Below are positions 11,124 through 20,995 of a DNA stretch of 64,000 nt, in pieces (within the stretch, counting starts at the first letter, position 1; the number at the start of each line of letters is the position of its first letter). Location: contig CAWHFW010000005.1 of assembly GCA_963828735.1 (NCBI GenBank), positions 96,001 through 160,000 on the forward strand, read 5' to 3'. The DNA is from an uncultured Gemmatimonadales bacterium (GTDB lineage Bacteria > Gemmatimonadota > Gemmatimonadetes > Gemmatimonadales > GWC2-71-9). The notes beneath the pieces were generated by a model. The model did not search any database, had not been told where the DNA came from, and worked only from the letters and a program-made list of their open reading frames with translations. A program made the position numbers and the translations under genes.

Positions 11124-12347
11124 ATGCCTCCCGCCGACCCTTCCACCACTGCCGCGTCGACCGCCGGTGTAGCCGGCCGGAACGGCGCGCGCGACCCGGT
11201 CATCACGCTGGAGCACGTCGTCAAGCGGTTCGGCTCCTACGTCGCGGTGCAGGACGCCAACTTCGCGATCGAACGCAGCGAGTTCTTCTCGATGCTCGGC
11301 CCCTCGGGCTGCGGCAAGACGACGACGCTCCGGATGATCGCCGGCTTCGAGCAGCCCACCACTGGGCAGATCCTGCTCGAGGGCCACGATGTGTCGCGGG
11401 TGCCGCCGTATCGCCGCAACGTGAACACCGTCTTCCAGCACTACGCGCTCTTCCCGCACATGACGGTCACCGACAACGTCGCCTTCGGACCGCGAAGCCA
11501 GAAGCTGGCGCCGAACGAGACGGCGCGGCGGGTGCGTGAGCTGCTGGAGGTCGTCCGCCTGACGCAGTTCGCCGACCGCAAGCCCGCCCAGCTCTCGGGC
11601 GGCCAGCAACAGCGGGTGGCGCTGGCGCGGGCCCTGGCCAACTACCCGAGCGCGCTTCTCCTCGACGAGCCGCTCGGCGCGCTCGACCTCAAGCTCCGCC
11701 AGGCGATGCAGATCGAGCTCAAGCGCATCCAGCGCGAGGTCGGCATCACGTTCATCTACGTGACGCACGACCAGGAGGAAGCGCTGACCATGTCGGACCG
11801 GATCGCGGTGATGAACGAGGGCCACGTCGAGCAGATCGGGTCCCCGCAGGAGATCTATCACTCGCCGACTTCGGTGTTCGTCGCCAACTTCATCGGCGTC
11901 GCCAACCTGATTCCCGGAGTCGTGCAGGACGCCTCCGGCGCAAAGGCGACGGTTCTCGTCGCGGGGAGCTACCGCATTCCCGTACCCCAGGGCACCGCCC
12001 GGTTGCGTCCTGGCGCCCCTGCCACCGTGATGGTCCGGCCCGAGCGCCTCCGGCTGAGCGAGGCGGCGGCCGCGGGAAGCGGAACCGGCGTGCCCGTGAC
12101 CGTCGAACACGCGGTGTTCCAGGGACCGGTGGTCCGGTGCACGCTGCGCGCGCTCGATGGGACCCTGATCGTGGCGCACGTCGGCCCCGAGCAGCCCCTG
12201 CCGCCGCTTCAGCCCGGTCTCGGCCTCCGGGTCGAGTGGGACTACGACGCCGCCCGGCTGCTGCCACCACCCGACGGCGCGCCCGTCGAGGAGGAGGAGG
12301 AGGACATGCGCCACACCGTCGAGCGGGCGAGTGTGCCCCGCCCGTGA
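11124..12347 (+). CDS. potA: Spermidine/putrescine ABC transporter ATPase
   Basis: [47 protein letters not shown]-like C-terminus. Confidence 0.9.
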   Translation: MPPADPSTTAASTAGVAGRNGARDPVITLEHVVKRFGSYVAVQDANFAIERSEFFSMLGPSGCGKTTTLRMIAGFEQPTTGQILLEGHDVSRVPPYRRNVNTVFQHYALFPHMTVTDNVAFGPRSQKLAPNETARRVRELLEVVRLTQFADRKPAQLSGGQQQRVALARALANYPSALLLDEPLGALDLKLRQAMQIELKRIQREVGITFIYVTHDQEEALTMSDRIAVMNEGHVEQIGSPQEIYHSPTSVFVANFIGVANLIPGVVQDASGAKATVLVAGSYRIPVPQGTARLRPGAPATVMVRPERLRLSEAAAAGSGTGVPVTVEHAVFQGPVVRCTLRALDGTLIVAHVGPEQPLPPLQPGLGLRVEWDYDAARLLPPPDGAPVEEEEEDMRHTVERASVPRP

Positions 12348-12387
12348 CCGTCATAACCCTTCACCGTCATCCGGCAGGAGCCATTCC

Positions 12388-13599
12388 ATGAGCCGACGAG
12401 AGTCCGACCAGCGCGATGCCGAGCTGCACGCCTTCCTTCGGGAGGCCATTACCCGCCGCGGGTTCATCCGACGGTCCGCGTTCGGCGCGGGCGGGCTGGT
12501 GCTGGGGAACAGCCTGCTCGCCGCGTGCGGAGGGGGCAAGGAAGGGGCGCCGGCCGCCGGCGCCGATTCGTCGGCGGCGACGGCCGCGGCGGGTGGCGGC
12601 GGAAAGACCCTCCGGATCTCGAACTGGCCGCTCTACATCGACAAGCAGACGGTGCCCGACTTCGAGAAAGCCACCGGCATCAAGACCGAGTACACCGAAG
12701 ACATCAACGACAACGGCGAGTTCTTCGCGAAGATCGGCGAGCCGCTCAAGCGGAACCAGAGCATCGACCGCGACATCATCGTGCTCACCGATTGGATGGC
12801 GGGCCGGATGATCAACCTGGGCTACGTCGCGCCGCTCGACGACTCCAAGTTCCCCAACCGGGCGAACCTGGTGGACAACGTGAAGGACGTGAGCTTCGAT
12901 CCCGGCCGCAAATACAGCGTGCCGTGGCTCTCGGGCATGACCGGCGTCGGCTACAACCCGAAGAAGACCGGCAAGGAGCTGACCAGCATCAACGACATCT
13001 TCGACCCCAAGTACAAGGGCCAGGTGACGATGCTGACCGAGATGCGGGACACGCTCGGGCTCGTCATGCTGGGCATGGGGAAGGATCCCACCAAGGCCGC
13101 CAAGGCTGACGTCGAGGCCGCCGCGGCCAAGATCAAGAAGGCACGGACCAGCGGGCAGATCCGGAAATTCACCGGCAACGACTACGCCGAGGACCTCGCG
13201 GCCGGCAACATCGCGATCGCCTTCGCCTGGTCTGGCGACATCCAGGGACTCGCCGCGGACAACCCGGATCTGAAATGGATCGCACCCAAGGAAGGCGCGA
13301 TGCTGTACTCGGACAACATGATGATTCCGAAGACGTCCGACCGGCAGGACCTCGCCATGGCCTGGATCAACTACGTGTACGATCCCAAGCACTCCGCCCA
13401 GATCGTGGCCGGCGCGCCCTACCTGTCGGCGGCCAAGGGCACCGGCGAGGAGCTGGCCAAGATCGCGCCGGACCTCGCCAAGAGCTCCCTCGTCAATCCG
13501 CCCGACGACCTCCGGGCGCGGCTGCACGTCTTCCGGGCGCTCAGCGACGCCGAGGACACCGAGTTCAACCGGATCTTCCAGGACGCCATCGGGGCATAG
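12388..13599 (+). CDS. potD: Polyamine ABC transporter substrate-binding lipoprotein (Tat signal)
   Basis: TRRGFI twin-arginine motif, lipobox LAAC, NWPLYID, AWSGD, PKEG..DNM.IPK; GGAG upstream of ATG 12388. Confidence 0.85.
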   Translation: MSRRESDQRDAELHAFLREAITRRGFIRRSAFGAGGLVLGNSLLAACGGGKEGAPAAGADSSAATAAAGGGGKTLRISNWPLYIDKQTVPDFEKATGIKTEYTEDINDNGEFFAKIGEPLKRNQSIDRDIIVLTDWMAGRMINLGYVAPLDDSKFPNRANLVDNVKDVSFDPGRKYSVPWLSGMTGVGYNPKKTGKELTSINDIFDPKYKGQVTMLTEMRDTLGLVMLGMGKDPTKAAKADVEAAAAKIKKARTSGQIRKFTGNDYAEDLAAGNIAIAFAWSGDIQGLAADNPDLKWIAPKEGAMLYSDNMMIPKTSDRQDLAMAWINYVYDPKHSAQIVAGAPYLSAAKGTGEELAKIAPDLAKSSLVNPPDDLRARLHVFRALSDAEDTEFNRIFQDAIGA

Positions 13600-13605
13600 C
13601 GAACC

Positions 13606-14448
13606 ATGGCAGGAACCGCTTCCGGGGGGTCGAGGCGCAGCCGCCTCGCCCCCTACCTGCTGGTGGCGCCGGGCATGCTGTGGCTCGTGGTGTTCTTCGT
13701 CCTGCCCACGATCACGCTGGCCCAGACCTCCTTCTCCGGGGCGGAGGGGGGGTGGCCGGCGTATCACAAGGCACTGACCGCATACGGCACCCACTTCTTC
13801 CGGTCGTTCCGCTACGCGTTCGCGGCAACGCTCCTGGCGCTCGCGCTCGGATATCCGCTCGCCTACTTCATCGCGTTCCGGGCGGGCAAATTCAAGAATG
13901 TGCTGCTGGGCCTCGTCGTTCTTCCGTTCTTCACCACGTTCCTGGTGCGCACCTTCGCCTGGAAGACGATCCTGAACGACGGCGGTCCGGCCGTCTGGCT
14001 GCTGCAGCGTCTCCACATCCTGGGTGAGGGCGGCCGTCTGCTCGACACCACGGTCGCAGTGGTGGGCGGCCTGACGTACAATTTCCTGCCATTCATGATT
14101 CTGCCGATCTACGTGAGCCTCGAGAAGATCGATCGGCGGCTGGTCGAGGCGGCCGAGGATCTCTACTCGACGCCGGTCGGCGCGTTCCGCAAGGTGGTGC
14201 TGCCGCTCTCGCTTCCCGGGGTGTTCGCCGGCAGCCTGCTGACCTTCATCCCGGCCATGGGCGACTTCATCAACGCCCAGCTCCTCGGTAGCCCCAACCA
14301 GCAGATGATCGGTACGGTCATCCAGAACCAGTTCCTCGAAGTGCGCGACTATCCGCTCGCGGCCGCGCTTTCCTTCGTCCTGATGACCGTCATCACCCTC
14401 GGCGTCCTGGCCTACGCCCGCGCGCTCGGCACCGAGGATCTCGCCTGA
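13606..14448 (+). CDS. potB: Polyamine ABC transporter permease
   Basis: GYPLAY, LPF.T.FLVRTFAW, LPFMILPIY.SLEKID..L.EAA.DL. Confidence 0.88.
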   Translation: MAGTASGGSRRSRLAPYLLVAPGMLWLVVFFVLPTITLAQTSFSGAEGGWPAYHKALTAYGTHFFRSFRYAFAATLLALALGYPLAYFIAFRAGKFKNVLLGLVVLPFFTTFLVRTFAWKTILNDGGPAVWLLQRLHILGEGGRLLDTTVAVVGGLTYNFLPFMILPIYVSLEKIDRRLVEAAEDLYSTPVGAFRKVVLPLSLPGVFAGSLLTFIPAMGDFINAQLLGSPNQQMIGTVIQNQFLEVRDYPLAAALSFVLMTVITLGVLAYARALGTEDLA

Positions 14449-15260
14449 TGCGCCGCCTGTTCCGGTGGCTGATGGACGGGTACGCCATCCTGGTGCTCGG
14501 CTACCTGTTCCTGCCGATCTTCGTGATCATCCTGTACAGCTTCAACAAGCCGGCGGGCAAGTTCAACTTCGTCTGGAAGGCGTTCTCGATCGACGCGTGG
14601 CGAAATCCGTTCGCCTACGAAGCGCTGTACGAGTCCATGAAGCTGAGCCTGCGCGTGGCGGCGCTCTCGACGGCCGTGGCGACGGTGTTCGGAACCCTGA
14701 TCGCGCTCGCGCTGACCCGGTATCGGTTTCGGGGCAGCTCAGCCGTCAACCTGCTGCTGGTCCTGCCGCTTACCACGCCCGAAGTGGTGCTCGGCTCGTC
14801 GCTGCTCTCGCTGTTCCTGGACGTGAACGTTCGAACCGGCTTCAGCACCATCGTCATCGCGCACATCATGTTCTCGGTGAGCTACGTCGCGCTGACGGTG
14901 CGGGCGCGGATCCGCGGCTTCGACTGGACCCTCGAGGAAGCGGCGATGGATCTCGGGGCGCCGCCATTCCGGGTGTTCTACAAGGTCACCCTGCCGATCA
15001 TCGCGCCGGGCATCGTGGCGGCGGCGATGCTCGCCTTCGCGCTGTCCCTGGACGATTTCATCATCACGCTGTTCAACGCCGGCAACCGCGTGACCTATCC
15101 GCTTTACGTGTACGGCGCCCGTCGCGCGGCGTTCCCCCCGCAGATCAACGTGCTGGCAACCGCGATCCTCCTCCTCAGCCTTCTCGCGCTGGGCGCCACC
15201 GTGCTCTGGCAGCAGCGCACCCTCCGCCAGCGGGGAATGGCCGTCACGCCGCTCGCCTGA
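14448..15260 (+). CDS. potC: Polyamine ABC transporter permease
   Basis: YSFN, IAHI.F, LEEAAMDLGA, FALSLDDF. Confidence 0.88.
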   Translation: MRRLFRWLMDGYAILVLGYLFLPIFVIILYSFNKPAGKFNFVWKAFSIDAWRNPFAYEALYESMKLSLRVAALSTAVATVFGTLIALALTRYRFRGSSAVNLLLVLPLTTPEVVLGSSLLSLFLDVNVRTGFSTIVIAHIMFSVSYVALTVRARIRGFDWTLEEAAMDLGAPPFRVFYKVTLPIIAPGIVAAAMLAFALSLDDFIITLFNAGNRVTYPLYVYGARRAAFPPQINVLATAILLLSLLALGATVLWQQRTLRQRGMAVTPLA

Positions 15261-15267
15261 CCTGCCG

Positions 15268-16650
15268 ATGACGCCGGATCCCATCGAACAGGCCTGCTTC
15301 TGGCTCGCCCGTCGCGCGCCGCGCCGCTGGTCCGAGCTGACGGGCACGCAGCAGGCCGAGATCGCCATTGTGGGCGCGGGACTCACCGGCCTGTGGACAG
15401 CCTTGTTCCTCAAGGCGCTCGAGCCGGAGCTCGAGGTCGCCGTCGTGGAGCAGGGGCTCGCGGCTCACGGGGCAAGCGGACGGAACGGCGGCATGCTGTC
15501 GGAGACGGTGGACCACAGCCATGGTCTCGCGATCGAGCATTTCGGTCCGGCCGAGGCGCGGGTCCTGGCCCGCCTCGGCGAAGCGAACGTGGCCGAGATG
15601 ACGGCCTTCCTCGCCGCGCGCGGCATCCGGTGCGACTACGAGCCGACCGGGCGCCTCATGGTGGCGCTCACGCCCGCTCACGTGGACGAGGCTCGCCGGA
15701 CGGTCGAGACCGCACGCGCCCTCGGACTCGACTCGTTTCACCTGCTCGACACGGAGGCGGTGCGCGCCGAGATCCATTCGCCGCTCTACCTCGGCGGCGT
15801 GCGCGTCACCGGCGGCGGGATCCTGGACCCCGTCAAGCTGGTGGATGGCCTCCGGGCCGAGGCCGAGCGGATCGGCGTGCGCGTGTGGGAGCGGAGCCCC
15901 GTGCTGGCGGTCGAGGCGTCGGGCGCCGGCGCGCGGGTCAGAACCGCTCGGGGCACCATCGCGGCGCGCCGGGCCGTCCTGGCCACGAGCGCCTACACGC
16001 ACCACCTCCTGCCGCAGGTGACGCGGCGCTTCATTCCACTCTACGACTACATCCTGGTGAGCGACCCGCTCACGGCCGATCAGCACGAGGCGATCGGCTG
16101 GCGCGGCCGCCAGGGCGTGACCGACGGCCGCTCGTTCTTCAACTACTACCGGCTCACCTCGGACGACCGGGTCCTGTGGGGGACGAGCGAAGCGGCCTAC
16201 TACGCGGGCAATCGGGTCGATCCCTCGTGCGACCACTCGCCGTCTCATTACGCCGCGCTGCGGGAGAGCTTCCGCCGGCATTTCCCGGCGCTTGGCGGGC
16301 TCGAGTTTCCGTACGCCTGGGGCGGCGCGATCTGTTCGACGACGCGGATGACGCCGTATTTCGGCCGGGCGCTCGGCGGCCGGCTCTGCTATGGGCTCGG
16401 GTATACCGGCCACGGCCTCGGCACGACCCGGCTTGCCGGGCGGATCCTGGCGCACCTGGCCCTCGACCGGCCGAGCGAGCTGCTGCAGCTATCGCTGGTG
16501 ACGCGGAAGCCGTTCCCCTACCCGCCGGAGCCGCTGCGCTCCTGGTCGGTCGCAGCGGTCACGCGCGCGCTCCGGCGCGTGGATCGGGGCGAGCAGCCGA
16601 ATGTGATGCTGCGAGTGTTGGAGCGGATGGGGATCGGATTCTCGAGCTGA
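15268..16650 (+). CDS. FAD-dependent oxidoreductase (DAO family, PuuB-like)
   Basis: IVGAGLTGLWTA, GASGRNGG, GYTGHGLG; follows pot operon. Confidence 0.85.
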   Translation: MTPDPIEQACFWLARRAPRRWSELTGTQQAEIAIVGAGLTGLWTALFLKALEPELEVAVVEQGLAAHGASGRNGGMLSETVDHSHGLAIEHFGPAEARVLARLGEANVAEMTAFLAARGIRCDYEPTGRLMVALTPAHVDEARRTVETARALGLDSFHLLDTEAVRAEIHSPLYLGGVRVTGGGILDPVKLVDGLRAEAERIGVRVWERSPVLAVEASGAGARVRTARGTIAARRAVLATSAYTHHLLPQVTRRFIPLYDYILVSDPLTADQHEAIGWRGRQGVTDGRSFFNYYRLTSDDRVLWGTSEAAYYAGNRVDPSCDHSPSHYAALRESFRRHFPALGGLEFPYAWGGAICSTTRMTPYFGRALGGRLCYGLGYTGHGLGTTRLAGRILAHLALDRPSELLQLSLVTRKPFPYPPEPLRSWSVAAVTRALRRVDRGEQPNVMLRVLERMGIGFSS

Positions 16651-16725
16651 AGGAAGGCGATGGCCGACGGGCGGAAGGTCGCGGCCGGTGCGAAAGGGTG
16701 GAGCCGGATCTCCGGGATCTCGACA

Positions 16726-16795
16726 GAGCGGAAGCGACCGAGGGATCTTCCCGAGGGATGGCCCGAGCCATCTGGAAAGATCCCTCGCTCCGCTC
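16726..16795. repeat. Long palindromic repeat, copy 1 (degenerate)
   Basis: GAGCGGAAGCGACCGAGGGATCTTCC...GGAAAGATCCCTCGCTCCGCTC with inner GATGGC/GCCATC hairpin. Confidence 0.7.
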
Positions 16796-16834
16796 GGAAC
16801 AGTTGCCCCCGAGGAACGGGCGCGCCTCCGCTCC

Positions 16835-18196
16835 CTATCTCTCCACCTTCCCGAGCGCCAGGTCCAGCACCTCCAGCGTGAAATCCACGTCCGCCGCGGT
16901 GATGCACATCGGCGGCTTGATCCGGAGCGTGTTGCCGGACAGCCCGCCTTTGCCGACAAGCACGCCCATCTCGCGCATCGCCTCCCACACCGCGAGCGTT
17001 TCCTGCGTGGCCGGCTCCTTGGTCTCGCGGTCGCGCACGAGCTCGCAGCCCAGCATCAGGCCCATGCCGCGCACGTCGCCGATGAGGCGATGTCGTTGCT
17101 GCAGCTCCTCGAGGCCCGCCTTGAGGCGGCCGCCCACGGCGCTCGCGTTGTCCTGCAGGCCGTCCTCGTCGATGATGTCGAGCACCGCGAGGCCGGCAGC
17201 CATCGAGACCGGATTACCGCCGAAGGTGTTGAAGTGGATCCGTTGGGTCAGCGACTCGGCGATCTCCCGGCGCGTCGTCACCGCCGCGAGCGGCCAGCCG
17301 TTCCCGATCCCCTTGGCCATGGTCACGATGTCGGGGACGACGCCGGAGTTCTGGAACCCCCAGTAGTGAGCGCCCGTGCGGCCGAAACCGGTCTGCACCT
17401 CATCGGCGATGCAGAGCCCGCCATGCTCGCGCGCGATGGCGTACGCCTCACGCAGGTAGTTGGGCGCGCCGTGCGTCGCTCCGCCGACGCCCTGGATGGG
17501 CTCGGCGATGAACGCGGCGATCTTCCCCGGCGTCGAATAGCGGATCAGGTCGCGGATGTCCTCGGCGCTCTTGTGCGCGATCTCCTCGGGCGTGCCGTCG
17601 AAGGGGCTGCGGTACGGATCGGGGTTGATCGCGTGATGGATGCCGAGGTTGGGCTGCTGCGGAAACTTCCAGGTGTGGTGCGACGTGAGCGCCATCGTGG
17701 ACGGCGAGCCGCCGTGGTAGCCGTTGCGCACGCCGACCACGTCGTTGTTGCCCGTGAACGCCCGGGCCATCAGCACGGCGAGGTCGTTGGCCTCGCTCCC
17801 GCTGTTCACGAAGTACGTGACGTCGAGGCCGGCAGGCATCTTTCCCGCCAGGCGCTTCGCCATCAGCGGGAAATTGGGATGGAGATAGATCGTCGTGGTG
17901 TGCTGGATGGCGTCGACCTGCGCCTTGATCCGCTCGACGAACTTGGGATGCGAGTGGCCGCACGACACCGTCACGATCCCGGCGAACATGTCCAGATACC
18001 GGCGCCCGGTCTCGTCGTAGAGGTATTGCATGAACCCCTCGACCACCATCAGCGGCTCGCGGTAGTACAGGAACGTGCTCGGATGGCAGTACTGCCGCCG
18101 CATCGCGAGCACCTCCTGCTTGGAGGGGCCGCTGTACGGGCGCGGGGTGTGGTCGCTCGCCGGCATGGCCGGGCGAGCCGACGCGGTCAGGGTCAC
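16835..18196 (-). CDS. Class III aminotransferase, AGXT2/beta-alanine-pyruvate transaminase-like
   Basis: YLYDETGRRYLD.FAGIVTVSCGH, NSGSEAND, AEPIQGVGG, ADEVQTGFGRTG, PDIVTMAKGIGNG, HFNTFGGNP, RIKPPMCI. Confidence 0.88.
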   Translation of the reverse strand: MTLTASARPAMPASDHTPRPYSGPSKQEVLAMRRQYCHPSTFLYYREPLMVVEGFMQYLYDETGRRYLDMFAGIVTVSCGHSHPKFVERIKAQVDAIQHTTTIYLHPNFPLMAKRLAGKMPAGLDVTYFVNSGSEANDLAVLMARAFTGNNDVVGVRNGYHGGSPSTMALTSHHTWKFPQQPNLGIHHAINPDPYRSPFDGTPEEIAHKSAEDIRDLIRYSTPGKIAAFIAEPIQGVGGATHGAPNYLREAYAIAREHGGLCIADEVQTGFGRTGAHYWGFQNSGVVPDIVTMAKGIGNGWPLAAVTTRREIAESLTQRIHFNTFGGNPVSMAAGLAVLDIIDEDGLQDNASAVGGRLKAGLEELQQRHRLIGDVRGMGLMLGCELVRDRETKEPATQETLAVWEAMREMGVLVGKGGLSGNTLRIKPPMCITAADVDFTLEVLDLALGKVER

Positions 18197-18218
18197 GGCA
18201 TGCTCCTGGGGAAGGGCC

Positions 18219-19730
18219 TCACTTCGACATCCAGTTCGTTCCGGCCTCGCGGTTCCACTTGGTCGTGATCTTCTTGGCCTTCGTCCAGAACTCGATCGAG
18301 CCGCGGCCGGTGATGTCGCCGACGCCGAACTTCGATTCGTTCCACCCGCCGAATGGGAAGGGCTCGCGGGGGACGGGAACGCCGACGTTGATGCCCACCA
18401 TGCCGGCGCTGGCCAGCTCCATCGTCCGACGCGCCAAGCCGCCGCTCTCCGTGAAGATCGAGGCGGCGTTGCCGTAGGGCGACGCGTTCTCGACCGCGAT
18501 CGCCTCGTCCAGGTCGCGTGCCCGCACGATGGCGAGTACGGGGCCGAACACCTCTTCCCGCGCGATCCGCATCTCGGGCCGCACGTGGTCGATCACGGTC
18601 GGACCGACCCAGAAGCCGCCTTCGTGCCCCGGGGCCGTGGCATTCCGCCCGTCCACCAGCACCGTCGCGCCCGCCTCCTCGGCGTCGGCGATGGCGTGCT
18701 CGATCCGTTCCTTCGCGGCGCGGGTGATGACCGGACCGACATCGCGACCCACGACCATCGCGCGCGCTTGCGCCGCGAGACGGTCCACGATGTGATCGGT
18801 CGCGGAGACCGCGACCATCACCGAGGCGGCCATGCACCGTTGTCCCGTACAGCCGCTCATCGCGGCGAGCACGCCGCCCGCGGCCATCTCGGGATCGGCG
18901 TCCGGCATGACGATCACGTGATTCTTCGCGCCACCGAGCGCGAGGACCCGCTTGAGAGCCGCCGTGCCCCGGCGGTAGACCTCCTTCGCGACGGCCGTGG
19001 AGCCCACGAAGCTCACCGCTTCGATGCCCGCATGATCCAGGATGGCCTCCGCCGCCTCGCGTCCGCCGTGCACCACGTTGAGCACGCCGTCGGGGAGTCC
19101 GGCCTCGCGCAGCAGCGCCGCAATACGACCCGCGCTCAACGGCACCTGCTCCGACGGCTTCATGATGAAGGTGTTGCCGAGGGCGATGGCGTTCGCCAGG
19201 GACCAGTGCGGCACCATCGATGGGAAGTTGAACGGATTGATCGAGGCGACGACGCCGAGCGGATGCCGCTCCAGGCGGCATTCCACACCACGGCTCACTT
19301 CCATGACCTCCCCGACGGCAATCTGTGGGAGGGAGCAGGCGAACTCCGTCAGCTCGATCGCCTTGAGGATCTCTGCCTCCGCCTCGCTCTTGATCTTGCC
19401 GTGCTCCTCGGTGATCAGTGCGCCCAGGTCGGTCAGGTGCCGCTCCAGCAGCGCCTTGTAGCGATAGAAGACCTGTACCCGCTCCTTGATCGGCGTGGCG
19501 GCCCAGCCGGGGAAGGCCCGGCGGGCTGCGGTGACGGCCTGGTCCACCTCGACGGCGCCGCCGAGCGGCACACGGCTGATGACCGCACCGGTCGACGGAT
19601 CGAGCACGTCGAGGAATCGAGGGCCGCCGGCGACGGACTGGCCGCCGATCCAGTGATGAACGTCCGGATGCGCGCGAGGAGCCCCGCGCTCTTGCGCGGC
19701 TGCGGTGGCTCTGAGATCAAGGGAGGTCAC
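18219..19730 (-). CDS. mmsA: CoA-acylating (methyl)malonate-semialdehyde dehydrogenase
   Basis: PFNFPSMVP.W, KPSEQVP, SFVGST, GGAKNH..VMPDAD, GQRCMA, GINVGVPVP. Confidence 0.9.
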   Translation of the reverse strand: MTSLDLRATAAAQERGAPRAHPDVHHWIGGQSVAGGPRFLDVLDPSTGAVISRVPLGGAVEVDQAVTAARRAFPGWAATPIKERVQVFYRYKALLERHLTDLGALITEEHGKIKSEAEAEILKAIELTEFACSLPQIAVGEVMEVSRGVECRLERHPLGVVASINPFNFPSMVPHWSLANAIALGNTFIMKPSEQVPLSAGRIAALLREAGLPDGVLNVVHGGREAAEAILDHAGIEAVSFVGSTAVAKEVYRRGTAALKRVLALGGAKNHVIVMPDADPEMAAGGVLAAMSGCTGQRCMAASVMVAVSATDHIVDRLAAQARAMVVGRDVGPVITRAAKERIEHAIADAEEAGATVLVDGRNATAPGHEGGFWVGPTVIDHVRPEMRIAREEVFGPVLAIVRARDLDEAIAVENASPYGNAASIFTESGGLARRTMELASAGMVGINVGVPVPREPFPFGGWNESKFGVGDITGRGSIEFWTKAKKITTKWNREAGTNWMSK

Positions 19731-19841
19731 GGCTACACCCCGGTCGGGTAGAGAGGAGGCGCTGGAGGCGTCCGATGAGTCTGCCGGGCGGGCAACGGAA
19801 TGTCAATGCGGGACGGGCGGAAGGATAACGGGCCAAGGCCC

Positions 19842-19920
19842 TCATCCCGAACGAAGCGAGGGACCTTCCACGCCAGCCCTCGTGCAGTGGCGGAAAAGGT
19901 CCCTCGCTTCGCTCAGGAGA
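19842..19920. repeat. Long palindromic repeat, copy 2
   Basis: TCATCCCGAACGAAGCGAGGGACCTTCC...GGAAAAGGTCCCTCGCTTCGCTCAGGAGA. Confidence 0.75.
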
Positions 19921-19927
19921 GTGGTTC

Positions 19928-20407
19928 CTATTGCTTCTTCACCGCGAACGTCTTCGCCTCGGCGGAGTCCCCATTCAAATAGAGCATCACCATGTACGTT
20001 CCCGGCTTCCACCCCTTTGCCGGTGCGAGGTGAAGCTCCTTGTTGCCGGTATCCCCCGCCCCGATGGTCGTGGACGACGAATCCAGCGTCTTGCCCCCCT
20101 GTGCCAGCCAGCGCGCGGTAATGCTCCCTGCGCTCGGCGCTCCCTGAATGCCCGCCGACACGTACACCGTATCCGTGGGGGCGAACTGAAAGGTCGGCTC
20201 CGCGATCCGGTTTTCGGGGCCGAGGCGTTTTCCGATCATGACGGTGGCTAAGCGCTGCGGACCCGTCTTGGCCGCCTGGGCGGCGGAGTCGGCGGCGCGA
20301 GCGGCGGGGTCGACGGCCGCGGTCTCCGTTCCCTTGTCACTCTTGCCGCAGGCGACGAGTACGGCCGCGGTGAGCGCGGCGGGCAGCAGCATCCGGCGGA
20401 ACCCCAT
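19928..20407 (-). CDS. Hypothetical lipoprotein (beta-rich; paralog of 26336-26791)
   Basis: Lipobox LVAC, GGAGG upstream of ATG 20407; shares VMIG..G, PTFQF.P.DTVYVS, AKG.KPGTY and AK.F.VKK with the paralog. Confidence 0.75.
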   Translation of the reverse strand: MGFRRMLLPAALTAAVLVACGKSDKGTETAAVDPAARAADSAAQAAKTGPQRLATVMIGKRLGPENRIAEPTFQFAPTDTVYVSAGIQGAPSAGSITARWLAQGGKTLDSSSTTIGAGDTGNKELHLAPAKGWKPGTYMVMLYLNGDSAEAKTFAVKKQ

Positions 20408-20518
20408 GGTCTGGCCTCCGATGAGCGTGCGTGACACCCGGCCCCGTGCCGGGAGGGAGTCCAACAGGTGGCGAAAACATGGGCGGAGGCGCCGTGACGG
20501 TGGTCACCGGTGACTCCG

Positions 20519-20932
20519 CTACCGCGATCCCGCCATGCCCAGCAGCCGTTTCCATTGCTCCGGCGGAACCGGGATGACGCTCAGCCGTGACATGCGGACG
20601 AGACCCAGATCCGCGAACGCCGGATCGGCCTTGATCTCCGCGAGCGTAACCGGCCGCGGAAGCCGGTCTCCCGCCTCCACGTCCACCACGGTGAGCTTGG
20701 CGTCCGTCGCCTTCGGATCGGGATACGGATCCGACACGATGCGGGCAAGCCCCACGAGCGATTTTTCGTCACCCGAGTGGTAGATGAAGACCTGGTCGCC
20801 CTTGGCCATGCCGCGAATGTGCTTGAGCGCGAGCGCGTTGGTGACGCCATCCCACACCGCGCGTCGCTCGCGCACGAGTTGATCGAACGGATAGGTATCC
20901 GTATCGGTCTTGAGGATCCAGAAGTTGGCCAT
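20519..20932 (-). CDS. EVE domain-containing protein
   Basis: FWILKT...Y, WDGV.N..A...R.M..GD..F.YHSG, V.L.EIKA, RLSV.PV...W. Confidence 0.9.
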   Translation of the reverse strand: MANFWILKTDTDTYPFDQLVRERRAVWDGVTNALALKHIRGMAKGDQVFIYHSGDEKSLVGLARIVSDPYPDPKATDAKLTVVDVEAGDRLPRPVTLAEIKADPAFADLGLVRMSRLSVIPVPPEQWKRLLGMAGSR

Positions 20933-20995
20933 TACCTGACCTCGAGCTCCTTGCTGCCCGCAGCCGCTGGGCGAGTGGCGGCGGGGCGGTCGATC

